Under the pieces are notes generated by a model. The model ran no database searches. It was not told where the DNA came from and worked only from the letters and a program-made list of their open reading frames with translations. Of a stretch of DNA of 64,000 bases, positions 52,279 through 62,896 are shown one piece after another (the first letter of the stretch is position 1; each line of letters opens with the position of its first letter). Source of the stretch: an uncultured Planctomycetota bacterium (GTDB lineage Bacteria > Planctomycetota > Planctomycetia > Isosphaerales > Isosphaeraceae); contig CAWGMQ010000007.1 of the NCBI GenBank assembly GCA_963823665.1, positions 832,001 to 896,000 of the forward strand, in the 5' to 3' direction. The position numbers were made by a program, and so were the translations under genes.

Positions 52279-53289
52279 ATGCGGTTCCCGCTGCCGATGA
52301 CAACCCGAATCGCCGGCTACGTCGCCCGCAAGCGACTGGCGCGGGCCAAGAAGTTCCCCATGGTGCTGATGCTCGAGCCGCTCCACGCCTGCAACTTGAC
52401 GTGCACGGGCTGCGGGCGAATTCGGGAATACGAATCGACGATCAAGCAAAAGCTCTCGATCGACGAGTGCTTGAGCGCCGTCGATGAGTGCGGTGCGCCG
52501 GTGGTCTCGATCTGCGGCGGCGAGCCGATGATCTACCCGGGCCTGGGCGAGCTCGTCGCCAAGATCCAGGAGCGGAAGAAAGTCATCATTCTCTGCACCA
52601 ACGGAATGTTCATCCGCAAGAAGCTGGCCGAATTCAAGCCCAGCCGCACGTTCTTCTTCAACGTCCATCTCGACGGAATGAAGAAGAACCACGACATCGC
52701 CGTCGAGCGCGAGGGGGTTTTCGACGTGGCGATCGACGGCATCAAGGCGGCCAAGGAGGGCGGGTTCCTGGTGTGCACCAACACCACGATCTTCAAGGAA
52801 ACCGACATGGCGGAGATCGACACCCTCTTCGCCTATCTCACCACGCTCGGCGTCGACGGGTTCATCATCTCGCCGGCATACAGCTACGCCGCGGTCAACT
52901 CCAAGGAGATCTTCATGACCCGCGACGACATCAAGGCCAAGTTCCGCGCGGCCGAAGGGATGTTCCGCAAGTACCGTTTTCACTCGTCGCCGATGTATCA
53001 GGAATTCCTTCAGGGCAAGCGCGAGATGCAGTGCACGGCCTGGGCGAGCCCGACGCGCAACATCAAAGGCTGGAAAGGCCCCTGCTACCTGATCACCGAT
53101 ATCCACCACGAGTCGCATGCCGATCTCCTCAACAAGACCGAGTGGGACAAGTTCGGCTACGGGAAGGACCCCCGATGCGAGAACTGCATGGTGCACGTCG
53201 GGTATGAGACCGGGGCCGCGGTGGGCGTCAACGGCCGCCTGGGCGATGCGCTCAAGATGATCAAGTGGCAAATCACCTCGGCCGGGTGA
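52279..53289 (+). CDS. hpnH: Adenosyl-hopene transferase (radical SAM)
   Basis: LMLEPLHACNLTCTGCGRI, CGAPVVSICGGEP, GWKGPCY, RCENCMVH; follows shc. Confidence 0.93.
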   Translation: MRFPLPMTTRIAGYVARKRLARAKKFPMVLMLEPLHACNLTCTGCGRIREYESTIKQKLSIDECLSAVDECGAPVVSICGGEPMIYPGLGELVAKIQERKKVIILCTNGMFIRKKLAEFKPSRTFFFNVHLDGMKKNHDIAVEREGVFDVAIDGIKAAKEGGFLVCTNTTIFKETDMAEIDTLFAYLTTLGVDGFIISPAYSYAAVNSKEIFMTRDDIKAKFRAAEGMFRKYRFHSSPMYQEFLQGKREMQCTAWASPTRNIKGWKGPCYLITDIHHESHADLLNKTEWDKFGYGKDPRCENCMVHVGYETGAAVGVNGRLGDALKMIKWQITSAG

Positions 53290-53314
53290 AGTTCTCTTCC
53301 TTCCGAGTGGCACG

Positions 53315-54073
53315 ATGAGTGAAGCGCGGGGGCTGGCGCCCCATCCCGTGCCGGCCGACGTCGGAATCGTGGCGGCACTGGCCATCGAAACGGCAGACCT
53401 GATCGAGGGCCTCAAGGACGTCCGCAAATATCAGTCAGCCTCGATCCCGGTGATCGAAGGCGAGCGTGGCGGCAAGATCATCGCGGTGGCCTTGAGCGGG
53501 CCGGGCCGGGCCGCCGCGCGCCAGGCCACGGACCTGCTCCTCTCCGGGCACCGGCCACGGCTGATCATCGCCGCCGGTTTCGCGGGTGCGCTTGATCCAG
53601 CGCTCGCGCGAAATGACCTGGTTCTGCCGGACGAGATCGTCGATCGGGAGGGCTTTCGCGGGCAGATTGAAAAGCCGCCGGCATTTGGAGCCGGCATCCG
53701 GCACGGCCGAGGCCGCCTGCTCACGGTGGATAAAGTTGTGCTCCTGGCGAGCCAGAAGGCCGAGCTGCGGGCCGCGTACCAGGCTGATCTGGTCGACATG
53801 GAGACCTCGGCCGTTGCAGCCGTATGCCTCGACAAATTGGTGCAGTTTCTCGCCGTGCGCGTCATCAGCGACGATGCCCATACGGATCTACCGCGCGAGG
53901 TTTCATCGGTGCTCGCGCACGGGGGAAGCTATCGGGTCGGCGCGGCGCTTTGCGCGGTCTGGCAGCGGCCCTCCAGCGTCAAGGATTTCTGGAAGCTGTA
54001 CGAACACGCGATCGAAGCTGCGGGGCGGCTCGGCAAGTTCCTTTCGACTTGGCTGGATGAGCTGGAGGTTTGA
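53315..54073 (+). CDS. hpnG: Hopanoid-associated nucleoside phosphorylase
   Basis: AGFAGAL, VDMETSAVA, VRVISD; downstream of hpnH. Confidence 0.75.
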   Translation: MSEARGLAPHPVPADVGIVAALAIETADLIEGLKDVRKYQSASIPVIEGERGGKIIAVALSGPGRAAARQATDLLLSGHRPRLIIAAGFAGALDPALARNDLVLPDEIVDREGFRGQIEKPPAFGAGIRHGRGRLLTVDKVVLLASQKAELRAAYQADLVDMETSAVAAVCLDKLVQFLAVRVISDDAHTDLPREVSSVLAHGGSYRVGAALCAVWQRPSSVKDFWKLYEHAIEAAGRLGKFLSTWLDELEV

Positions 54074-54293
54074 AGCGCGGGAGTGACGGATGCACGGAAC
54101 GAGAACGCTCGCGCCCGCGGTCGCGCCGCTCCCGCGTCCGGTCCGCGCTTGGCAAGCTTCCGGTCCAGGAATTATGCTCGCATTGAGCATTGGCGAGAAA
54201 ATGAGCGAGGATCTGCCCGCCGGGCGTCGTTATGAATAGAGAGAGCAGCCGCGTCGGGTGTTGTCTGAAACCGATCTGTGAAGGGAGCTCCAA

Positions 54294-54854
54294 TTGAAGT
54301 GGCATGCAACGACGATTCTCTCGGTGCGCAAAGGAGATCGCGTCGCGATCGGGGGTGACGGGCAGGTTACCCTGGGAACGCAGGTGATGAAAGGCGACGC
54401 GGTGAAGATTCGCAAGTTGCTCGATGGGCAGGTGCTCGTCGGTTTCGCGGGCTCGGCCGCGGACGGTTTTGCGCTCATGGAGCGGTTTGAAGGCAAGCTT
54501 AAAGAGTATCCCATGAACGTTCCGCGCGCGGCGACCGAGCTGGCGAAGCTCTGGCGGACGGACCGGATGCTCCGGCGGCTCGAGGCGGTGCTGATCGTTG
54601 TCGACGCGCGGCACAGCCTGCTCCTCTCGGGCTCGGGTGATGTGATCCAGCCCAGCGACGGCATCCTCGCGACGGGGTCGGGAGGTGGTTATGCGCTAGC
54701 TGCGGCGAGGGCGCTGCTGAAACACTCGGGCCTTTCAGCGGCGGAGGTGGTGCGCGAGTCGCTCGCGATCGCCTCCGGCATCGACATCTACACCAACTCG
54801 AACCTGACCGTGGAGGAGCTTCCGTGCCAGACCACCAGCCCGAGCGCGAGCTGA
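54294..54854 (+). CDS. hslV: ATP-dependent protease peptidase subunit HslV
   Basis: [33 protein letters not shown]. Confidence 0.96.
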   Translation: MKWHATTILSVRKGDRVAIGGDGQVTLGTQVMKGDAVKIRKLLDGQVLVGFAGSAADGFALMERFEGKLKEYPMNVPRAATELAKLWRTDRMLRRLEAVLIVVDARHSLLLSGSGDVIQPSDGILATGSGGGYALAAARALLKHSGLSAAEVVRESLAIASGIDIYTNSNLTVEELPCQTTSPSAS

Positions 54855-56206
54855 CGCCCCGCCAGATCGTCGCGGAGCTCGACCGAGACATCGTCGGTCA
54901 GGCTGCTGCCAAGCGCGCCGTCGCCATCGCGCTGCGCAACCGGTGGCGGCGCCGCCAGCTTACCGAAGAGCTTCGCCAGCAGGTGACTCCCAAGAACATC
55001 ATGCTGATCGGGCCGACCGGCGTCGGCAAGACCGAGATCGCGCGGCGGCTGGCGATCCTGGTCGGTGCGCCGTTCGTGAAGGCCGAGGCCACCAAGTACA
55101 CCGAAGTCGGCTATGTAGGCCGCGACGTCGAGGGGCTGATCCGCAACCTGGTCGAGGCGGCGATCATCCTGGTCAGAAACTCGGAGCGAGCCAAGGTCGT
55201 CGCGCAGGCCACGGAGCGCTCGGAGGAGCGTCTGCTCGACATGCTCCTTCCTCCTCCGCCGCAGTCGACCACCACCTGGCAAGACACCGAAACGCCCCAG
55301 GCCGCCGAGGCGGGCGAGCGCCGCCAGCGGTCGCGCGAGAAGATGAAGGCGCGGCTTCAGAGCGGCGAGATGGAGGACCGCGAGGTCGAGATCACGTTTC
55401 CCGGCCGATCGGTTGCACCGGTATCCATCCTGGGCGCGGGCAATCTCGAACAGATGGAAATGGATCTTCAGAACATGTTCGAGAAGATCATGCCCAAGCA
55501 GTCGCAGACTCGCAAGCTGCCTGTCAGGCAGGCCAGGCCGATTCTGCTTCAGCAGGAAATCGACGCTTTGCTCGACCCCGATAAAATCAACCAGGCAGCC
55601 GTGAGCCTGGCCGAGGAGTCGGGAATTGTCTTCATTGACGAGATCGACAAGATCACCACCGACGAGGGCTCGAGGCGCGGGCCCGACGTTTCACGACAAG
55701 GCGTTCAGCGCGACCTGTTGCCGATCGTCGAAGGCACAACCGTGAACACCAAGCATGGCCCGGTGAAGACCGACCACATCCTCTTCATCGCCGCCGGCGC
55801 ATTCCACGCGTCGAAACCATCGGACTTGATGCCCGAGCTTCAGGGACGTTTTCCAATCCGGGTCGAAATGCACGACCTCACACGCGACGATTTTGCCCGC
55901 ATCTTGCGGGAGCCGCGCGCTTCGCTGCTGCGGCAATATCAGGCTTTGCTCGGCACGGAGGGGATCGCGCTCGAATTCACCGATCCCGCGATTGAAACGA
56001 TGGCCGACCTGGCCTATCACGTGAACCGGTCGACCCAGAACATCGGGGCCAGGCGGCTGCACACGATTCTGGAACGCGTGCTCGAGGACTGTAGTTTTGA
56101 TGCTCCGGATATGAGCGAGAAGCGAGTCGTGGTTGATGAGGCGCTCGTGCGGCAGCGTCTTGAGGCGCTCTCGCAGGATGAGGACTTGAGCAGGTTTATT
56201 CTCTAG
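54824..56206 (+). CDS. hslU: ATP-dependent protease ATPase subunit HslU
   Basis: [48 protein letters not shown]. Confidence 0.96.
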   Translation: MPDHQPERELTPRQIVAELDRDIVGQAAAKRAVAIALRNRWRRRQLTEELRQQVTPKNIMLIGPTGVGKTEIARRLAILVGAPFVKAEATKYTEVGYVGRDVEGLIRNLVEAAIILVRNSERAKVVAQATERSEERLLDMLLPPPPQSTTTWQDTETPQAAEAGERRQRSREKMKARLQSGEMEDREVEITFPGRSVAPVSILGAGNLEQMEMDLQNMFEKIMPKQSQTRKLPVRQARPILLQQEIDALLDPDKINQAAVSLAEESGIVFIDEIDKITTDEGSRRGPDVSRQGVQRDLLPIVEGTTVNTKHGPVKTDHILFIAAGAFHASKPSDLMPELQGRFPIRVEMHDLTRDDFARILREPRASLLRQYQALLGTEGIALEFTDPAIETMADLAYHVNRSTQNIGARRLHTILERVLEDCSFDAPDMSEKRVVVDEALVRQRLEALSQDEDLSRFIL

Positions 56207-56256
56207 GGCGGGCGGGAGCGAATGACAGGGCGAACGATTTCGGTGCGGGGAGCGGG

Positions 56257-56280
56257 CGGCAGACGGAGTCTGCCTGCTAC
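56257..56280. repeat. GTAG-type REP hairpin, class B
   Basis: cGGCAGAC-gga-GTCTGCC-tgCTAC between convergent genes. Confidence 0.7.
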
Positions 56281-56298
56281 AATTGTCTCGGACGAGAA

Positions 56299-57626
56299 TC
56301 AAGCTTCGAGGCGGCTCGTCGAGGCCGATTCTCCAGCGAGATAGCCCGTGCTCCATGCCGCTTGAAAGTTGTAGCCGCCGATCAGGCCGTCGAGGTCGAG
56401 GATCTCGCCTGCGAAGAAAAGGCCGGGGACCAGGCGGCTTTCGAGTGTTTTCGAATCGACTTCCGCCAGGGCGACACCGCCGCTTGTCACCTCGGCTTTT
56501 TCAAAGCCGAGTGTTCCCGTGATCGGAAGCGTAAGCTCCTTCACGGCGCTGACCAATCGGTGGCGTTCGTCGCGGGAGAGATCCGGGCCCATGCGATCGG
56601 CTGGTATCGCGGCGACGGTGAGCAAGCACTCGCCGAAGCGGCGTGGCAGGGCGTCGGGCAAGAGTGAGATCACGGGCCGGCGGCCTTGGCGGCTTTCGAG
56701 TTGAAGCTGCCTGTCGAATGCCTCTTGCGAGACATCCGGCTGGAAGTCGATCCGAAGTGCCTGAGTTTGGGATTCAGCGGCGCGGGCCGCGGCTCGGCTG
56801 ACGTCGAGGATCGCCGGGCCGGAGAGTCCGCGGTGTGTGAACAACACGGCCTCGCGACGGCGCGCGAGCACCGTGGTTCCGGCAACAATGGATACAACGG
56901 CGTCGGGAACGCTCAGTCCACGCAGGGCGGGGACCCAGTCGGCTTTTACTTGCAGGGGAACGAGAGCGGGCTTGGGCTCGATGATTGTGTGTTCGAACCG
57001 CCGTGCGATCGAGTAGCCGTCGCCGGTCGTTCCGCAACCCGGGTACGAACAGCCACCGACGGCGACGATCACTCGCGGCACGGTGATTGTTTCGTCCGGG
57101 AATCGCACGGCTAGCGCGGGGTTCGGTCCGGCGCCCGATTCCAGACGATCGATTGCCAGGACCGGAGTCGAGCAGCGAACCTCGGCGCCGAGCGCTCGAG
57201 TCGCTGGACCAGCGCGTCCAGCACCTGCGCGGCTTTATCCGAGACCGGGAAGATCTTGCCGTTGGCTTCGACCTTGGTGGCGACTCCGGCTTGTTCGAAC
57301 ATACGAATGGTTGCGTCGACGTCGAACCGGCGCAAGGCTGGGGCGAGGAATGCGCCGTGATCGCCGAACGCTTGCTGCATGGCCCGGATGCCGCGGGACT
57401 CGGTGGTGTCGTAAGCGGGGTCGACCGGGCCGGACACGCCGTCGAGGCGGCGCAGGCCTCTGGCGTTTGTGATGTTGCAGCGGGTGCCGCCGGAGATGAG
57501 GATTTTTACGCCGGGGCGGCGGTTTTTCTCGGCGAGGAGCACCCGGGCGCCGCACTCGGCTGCTCGCGCGGCGGCGATTAGACCCGCCGCTCCGGCGCCG
57601 AGCACGACGAGGTCGTAGTCACGCAT
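56299..57626 (-). CDS. HI0933/BaiN-family NAD(P)/FAD-dependent oxidoreductase (frameshifted near 57110-57190)
   Basis: GAGAAG, KILISGGTRCNITN, GGCSYPGCGTTGDGY, AEVTSGGV, GGYNFQAAWSTG. Confidence 0.9.
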
Positions 57627-57647
57627 GGGCTTTGTGCTTGTCACGCG

Positions 57648-58277
57648 TCAGGGCAACAGATCCGCGACCGGGATGCGTCAGACCTCGGCGCCTGCGATGA
57701 CAAGCGGGATCTCCTGGCCGCGCGTGCAGACCTCGCAATGCCGGTAGCCGATGGGCTCAGACGGACCGCTGGGGCCAGAGTAGACCTCGACCTGCTCTTC
57801 TACCAAATTAATGATCCAGTAAACGGACACTCCCCCCCCGCCATAAACGCGAGCCATCAGGTTGCGATCGTCGTCAAGAGACGAGTCCGCGACCTCGATG
57901 ATGAGGCCCACATCGGCCGGTTCGGGATGACGCGCTCTGAAATCGCGAATCTCGCCTCGAGCCACCAAGAGGTCAGGCTCGGGCAAGCTTGCCCGGGCTG
58001 GAATTCGAATTGGGCGTTCACTCCGAAGGTGCCAGCCGGGCGGTAGCATTCGATCAAGCCTCGCGCGACAGAGCTCAGCGGCGACCGAATGCGGGGGATC
58101 TTGGGCCATCTTCGCCACCAGGTACCCTTCGATCAGTTCGACTCGGTCGCGCTTCGTGAACACGCCAGATTGCACCATCGCCTCATACTTGTCGATGCTC
58201 AGGCGGTAAAGCGAACGCGCAATCGGTGGCGAAGTACGCGGAAACGAGCCAGGGTAATTCGCAGTTTTCGTCGTCAT
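57648..58277 (-). CDS. Uma2-family endonuclease (in-frame TGA at 57678-57680, ten codons before the natural end)
   Basis: RVELIEG, PEPDLLV, LIIEVADSSL, YWIINL; the family-like tail RIPVADLLP follows the TGA. Confidence 0.85.
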
Positions 58278-58450
58278 CGCACTCGCGTTGCAGTCGGAAC
58301 GCCTCGGCCGCGATCGGGCGTTACTACCCGAATTGGCCTCGAGGACTCATTTTATCGGACAGACGCCGGTGCCACAATCGCTGGTTGCAGCACTTCGTTC
58401 TACACTGATGCCCTCGAGAGACCGCCGGTAATCCGCAGTGGCGGCATCCT

Positions 58451-59790
58451 TCACATCGTCGTGAAGTAATTCATCACCGCGAAGTCGAAGTACTCGGGCT
58501 TGAGCTCGAGGGGAGCTCGTTGTAGATGCAGTAGCTGCGCACTTGCATCAAGAGGTCGCGCGGGTGGCAGCAGCGGAACGGGCGGCCGGAACGCTGGTAG
58601 TGCGCCTCGATCAGATAGTCGATGGCCGATCCGCCCGAGTCCTTGAAGCCTAGCTTCGCGGCCAGCGCTGCGATCATCTTGCGGAAGCCTTGCTCGGTGG
58701 GGTTGGTCGCCTCGATCTTGTACGGGATCCGGCGCAGAAACGCTTCGTCAACGAGCTGACGGGGCTCGAGGTTTGTCGAGAAGATGATCAATTGATCAAA
58801 CGGCACGCGGATTTTCTTGCCGTTGGCCAGGCTCAAGAAGTCGTAACGTTTTTCCAGAGGAACGATCCAGCGGTTCAAGAGCTCGATCGGCTGCATTCGC
58901 TGGCGTCCGAAGTCGTCGATCAAGAACGTTCCGAGATTGCTCTTGAGCTGTAGTGGAGCTTCGCTCACCTTCGTAACCGGGTCGTAGTGAATCTCGAGGT
59001 CTTCCATCCTCAGCTCGCCGCCGGCGACTATTGTCGGGCGCTTGATCCTGATCCAGCGGCGGTCGAAATCGGATTCGTCGAGCAGCCCGCTCGATTGCTC
59101 GATCTCGACCGGCTCGTGGTTGGCCATGTCGAGCAGCTTGAGAATCTGCCCCTCGACGTAGATCACGCGCGGAATCCAGACGGTCGTGCCGAAACAGCGG
59201 GTGACTCGCTCGGCGATGCTGGTCTTGCCGTTTCCCGGGTAGCCGTAGAGGAACAGGCCGCGGCCGGAATTGATCGCGGGGCCGAGCAGGCGCAGGGTTT
59301 CGTCGGCGATCAAGAGGTCTGAAAACGCGTGCCGCAGGTCTGCTTCCTTGGGATGCTCAGTCGTGATCGTTTGCTCCGAAACCGAACGAAGATAGTCGTC
59401 GAACGGCACCGGTGCCGGCCCCACGTACGCACACTCCTCGAAGTACATTCTGGCGCGAGCCCGGCCCGCGTCCGTCAGCGAATAAACATAGTCATTCGCC
59501 GATGATGAATCGGCATAAGCGAGGAACTGCTGGTTCTTGAGCTGGCGCAGGAAGTCGGGAAAGGGACGGAACGGCAGGCCGAGCTCCGCGGCGATTTTGC
59601 GGCCGCGCGCCATGCCGCAATTCACCAGGAACTTGAAAACCAGACCCTCGACGATCGCGGTGTTCAGGCCGGCCTCCTCGAAGCTCGAGGGGGCGCGGGG
59701 ATAGAATGCAGGCTTGCCGTTTGACGCGGAGCTGCGGGTGAGAACTGCGGATGCCGGTGCGCTCAAGAGCGGAGCCTCCTGTCGAATCAT
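58451..59790 (-). CDS. AAA+ ATPase of unknown function (frameshift near 58510)
   Basis: Walker A GYPGNGKT, Walker B FLIDDFGRQ, FSTNL, AFLRRI; the second-frame tail ends FAVMNYFTTM. Confidence 0.85.
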
Positions 59791-59919
59791 GAAAAAACGC
59801 CGGCCACATGCCATCCGATTTGACGGACCGTGCGCAACTTTAGGTCGCGGATCTCGGTGAGTCAAAATCCAGGCGGAGAGTCGCATTCAGCCGGCGGGGA
59901 GACTTTCGGTCTGTGAAGA

Positions 59920-60045
59920 GGGCGTGGTCGGGAGACCTGCGTCCAACCCGGACGCACTTTCGCGGAGCGAAAGGCGACATTGGGGCGTAGTCGGGAGATC
60001 CGCGCCCAACGAGGACTTACCTTCGCGGAGCGAAGGTCGACAGTG
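59920..60045. repeat. Two tandem 63-bp units, each with a GGA-loop hairpin
   Basis: gggcgtggtcgggaga...ctttcgcGGAgcgaaag gcgaca and gggcgtagtcgggaga...ccttcgcGGAgcgaagg tcgaca. Confidence 0.72.
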
Positions 60046-60077
60046 GAAAGCAGCAGACCCACGTCAAACGCTTGGGC

Positions 60078-60566
60078 TCAAACCAATCGTTCAGCCAGCC
60101 GGTCTGCCAGGTGTTTGTCGCCCGGCGGCGGGTGGAATCGAGCGCTACGGCTGGATGGCCCGGTCAGGGTCAGGTCGATCCACCAGGCGTCTGGCGGGAT
60201 CACGCTGCGCACACGGTCTGCCCATTCGATCAAGCAGATGCCATCGCCGGCCATGTAGTCGGCCATTCCCAGGTCGAGGAACGCGGCTGGATTCTCGAGC
60301 CGGAAGACGTCGGCGTGATAGATGGGGATGTCGCCCGAATATTCATGGATCAAAACGAACGTCGGGCTCGAAATCGCATCGGGATCGACGCCGCGCGCTT
60401 CGGCGATTGCCCGCGCCAACCGGGTTTTGCCGGCCCCGAGCGGGCCGACCAGAGCGATCGCGACCCCGGGTTCTGCAAGCCGGGCGATCGCTCGGCCCAG
60501 CCGGACGGTGTCGTCCTCGGAAGCGAGATCGATTTGCACGGCGTCGTTCACTCGCACCACACGCAT
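60078..60566 (-). CDS. tsaE: tRNA t6A37 biosynthesis ATPase TsaE
   Basis: GPLGAGKT, SSPTFVLIHEY, HADVFRL, LIEWA. Confidence 0.93.
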   Translation of the reverse strand: MRVVRVNDAVQIDLASEDDTVRLGRAIARLAEPGVAIALVGPLGAGKTRLARAIAEARGVDPDAISSPTFVLIHEYSGDIPIYHADVFRLENPAAFLDLGMADYMAGDGICLIEWADRVRSVIPPDAWWIDLTLTGPSSRSARFHPPPGDKHLADRLAERLV

Positions 60567-60626
60567 CGTTTTTCTTGCCGTGTCCGGGAGTTATGGTTTC
60601 GATCGAGTATCGGGCGGCTCATTCTG

Positions 60627-61589
60627 TCAGGACATTCCGGTGCGGAAGTGGTCAAAGCCACGCGAGGGGATTGGCCTGAGCGTGCCGTCAGAAGTGCGAA
60701 GCATGAACCCATGCGCCGCGGTGATCTCGCCGATCGCAATGAGCGTGGTGCCGACGGGTGGCTCGGCCAGCAGGCGCGCGGCAAGCTCGGGGGCAACCAT
60801 GATGCACAGCTCGAAATCTTCTCCGTCGCAGAGCGCGTGCTCGAGCGCAGGGACGCCGTCATGTGCGCTCAGGTCGTGCGCATCGGGATGAATGGGAATT
60901 GCGGATTCATCCAGAACGGCGCCCAGATCGCCGCTTTCCGTCAAGATGTGGGCGAGGTCGGATGCGAGGCCATCGGAGATATCGATCATGGCGTGCAGCG
61001 GTGCTCGTTGATGGATTGCCAGGGCCTCGGCGACTCTGGGCTCGGGGTGCAGGTGGCGGCCCGCGTGCAGGCTTCCGCCGAGGGCACCGGTGACCATAAT
61101 CACGTCGCCCGGCATTGCGCCGCTACGGCGTACGGGGCCGCGGTCGGTGGCCTCGCCGAGCAGGGTGACGCAGATCACGCACTGACCGTTCCACGCATTG
61201 GTATCGCCGCCGATCAAGTCCACGTGAAATCGTTCGGCCAATGACTCCATTCCCGCGTAGATTCCACGCCCCAGCTCGCCGGCGCCGTTTTGCGGCAGCG
61301 CGACCGCGACGAGAGCCGCGCGGGGCACGCCGGCCATTGCGGCAATATCCGAGAGGTTGACGGCGAGGGCTTTGTAGCCCACACGCTCGGGCCCGTCGTG
61401 CTCGAGCCGGAAGTGGCGGCCGTCCATGAGCATGTCGGTGGTGACCAGCAGACTCGAATGCGGGGCCACATCGAGAATGGCACAATCGTCGCCGATCGCC
61501 AGCTTGGTGTGCGGGCTTCGGAGCGCCTGCGCGCGCTGGCGGATCCAGTCGATCAGGCCGAATTCGGTGTTGGGGTCGGTCTTATGCAT
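60627..61589 (-). CDS. thiL: Thiamine-monophosphate kinase
   Basis: IGDDCA, NLSDIAAM, GGDT, DISDGL, GEDFEL, GFDHF. Confidence 0.95.
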   Translation of the reverse strand: MHKTDPNTEFGLIDWIRQRAQALRSPHTKLAIGDDCAILDVAPHSSLLVTTDMLMDGRHFRLEHDGPERVGYKALAVNLSDIAAMAGVPRAALVAVALPQNGAGELGRGIYAGMESLAERFHVDLIGGDTNAWNGQCVICVTLLGEATDRGPVRRSGAMPGDVIMVTGALGGSLHAGRHLHPEPRVAEALAIHQRAPLHAMIDISDGLASDLAHILTESGDLGAVLDESAIPIHPDAHDLSAHDGVPALEHALCDGEDFELCIMVAPELAARLLAEPPVGTTLIAIGEITAAHGFMLRTSDGTLRPIPSRGFDHFRTGMS

Positions 61590-61601
61590 TTGTTCATTCG
61601 A

Positions 61602-62739
61602 TCATGTTTTTCCGACCACGAACCCTCGAATCGCTTGCTCTGTTGCTTGCTCGAGGAGTTCTGCGGCGTGCCTGACAGCTTCTTCCAGCTCGATCGGACC
61701 GGGACAGATCGAGAAGTAAGCGTCGATTCCGTGGTCGAGGACGGCCGAGGCGCCGGGGCCGATCGAGCCGGCCAGGGCCAGCACCGGACAGCGCAGCGAG
61801 CGCGCCAGGCGGGCGACGCCGACGGCCGTCTTGCCGAAGGCGCTCTGACCGTCGATGGAGCCCTCGCCGGTCAGACAGAGATCCGTATGAGCGAGACGTG
61901 ATTCGAGATCGGCCGCTTTGATGACCAGGTCGATGCCCGGCGCGAGCTTGCCGTGGGCAAATGCGACCAGGCCACCGCCGAGCCCGCCGGCGGCGCCCGA
62001 GCCGGGCAGACCTTTGATGGCAATGCCCAGGTTCTCGTTCGACGATCGACGCGAAATGTGCCAGATTGCGGTCGAGGGTCTCGATCATTGTTGCGTCTGC
62101 GCCTTTTTGCGGCCCGTAGACGGCGGAGGCGCCCGTCGGGCCGCAGAGGGGGTTGGTCACGTCGCAGGCGACAGCGACGTCGATCGCGTGGAGCTCGGGC
62201 CGGCGCCCGGAGGCATCGATTCGCGACAGCTTGCCGAGGCCGCCTCCGCCGGGCTCTAGCTCGCGCCCCTCTGCATCAAGCAGGCGAAATCCGAGTGCCT
62301 GGCCGAGCCCCGCGCCGCCGTCGTTGGTGGCGCTGCCGCCGATTCCCACGATCAGGCGTTTCGCGCCAGAGGCAATTGCGGCGAGCATCAATTCGCCGGT
62401 GCCGCGGGTGGTTGTGACGAGCGGGTTGCGCTTCTCCTTGGGCACGAGCACGAGCCCCGAGGCGGCGGCCATCTCGATCACGGCGGTGCGACCGTCGCCG
62501 GAAAGGCCGAACCTGGCCCGCACCGGCTCACCGAACGGCCCGGTGACGACGGCTTCGTGCGCGGAGCCCGCGGTGGCCGCGACCAGAGCGTCGACCGTGC
62601 CTTCGCCACCGTCGGCCATCGGCACGCGGTCGATTGAGGCGCCCGGGCATGCCCGGGTCACGCCGCGTGCCATTGCCGCGGCTGCATCCGCGGCAGACAG
62701 GCTCCCCTTGAACTTATCGGGGGCTATCACGACTCGCAT
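61602..62739 (-). CDS. glxK: Glycerate kinase (frameshift near 62035)
   Basis: IAPDKFKGS, ADGGEGT, IEMAAASG, GGSATNDGG, VYGPQKGA; GAAGG and TGEG are in a second frame. Confidence 0.9.
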
Positions 62740-62896
62740 GGCGGTCAGCCTGGCGAAGGCTCATCCCCTGGCCGCCGCGCGGTGCAGAAGGCTTCATCAG
62801 GGATGCTCGACGCTTCCCATGGAGCATACTCAATCGGCCGGGATCAATCCACGACGAGCGCGCCAGGAGGGCTTCAGAAGCGCCGAGGGCTGAAGC

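Noticed and set aside
42377..57680. Stop-codon recoding (Pyl/Sec) or programmed frameshifting
   Set aside because: TAG and TGA end many normal genes here, and the breaks are scattered without consistent slippery motifs; sequence error is more parsimonious.
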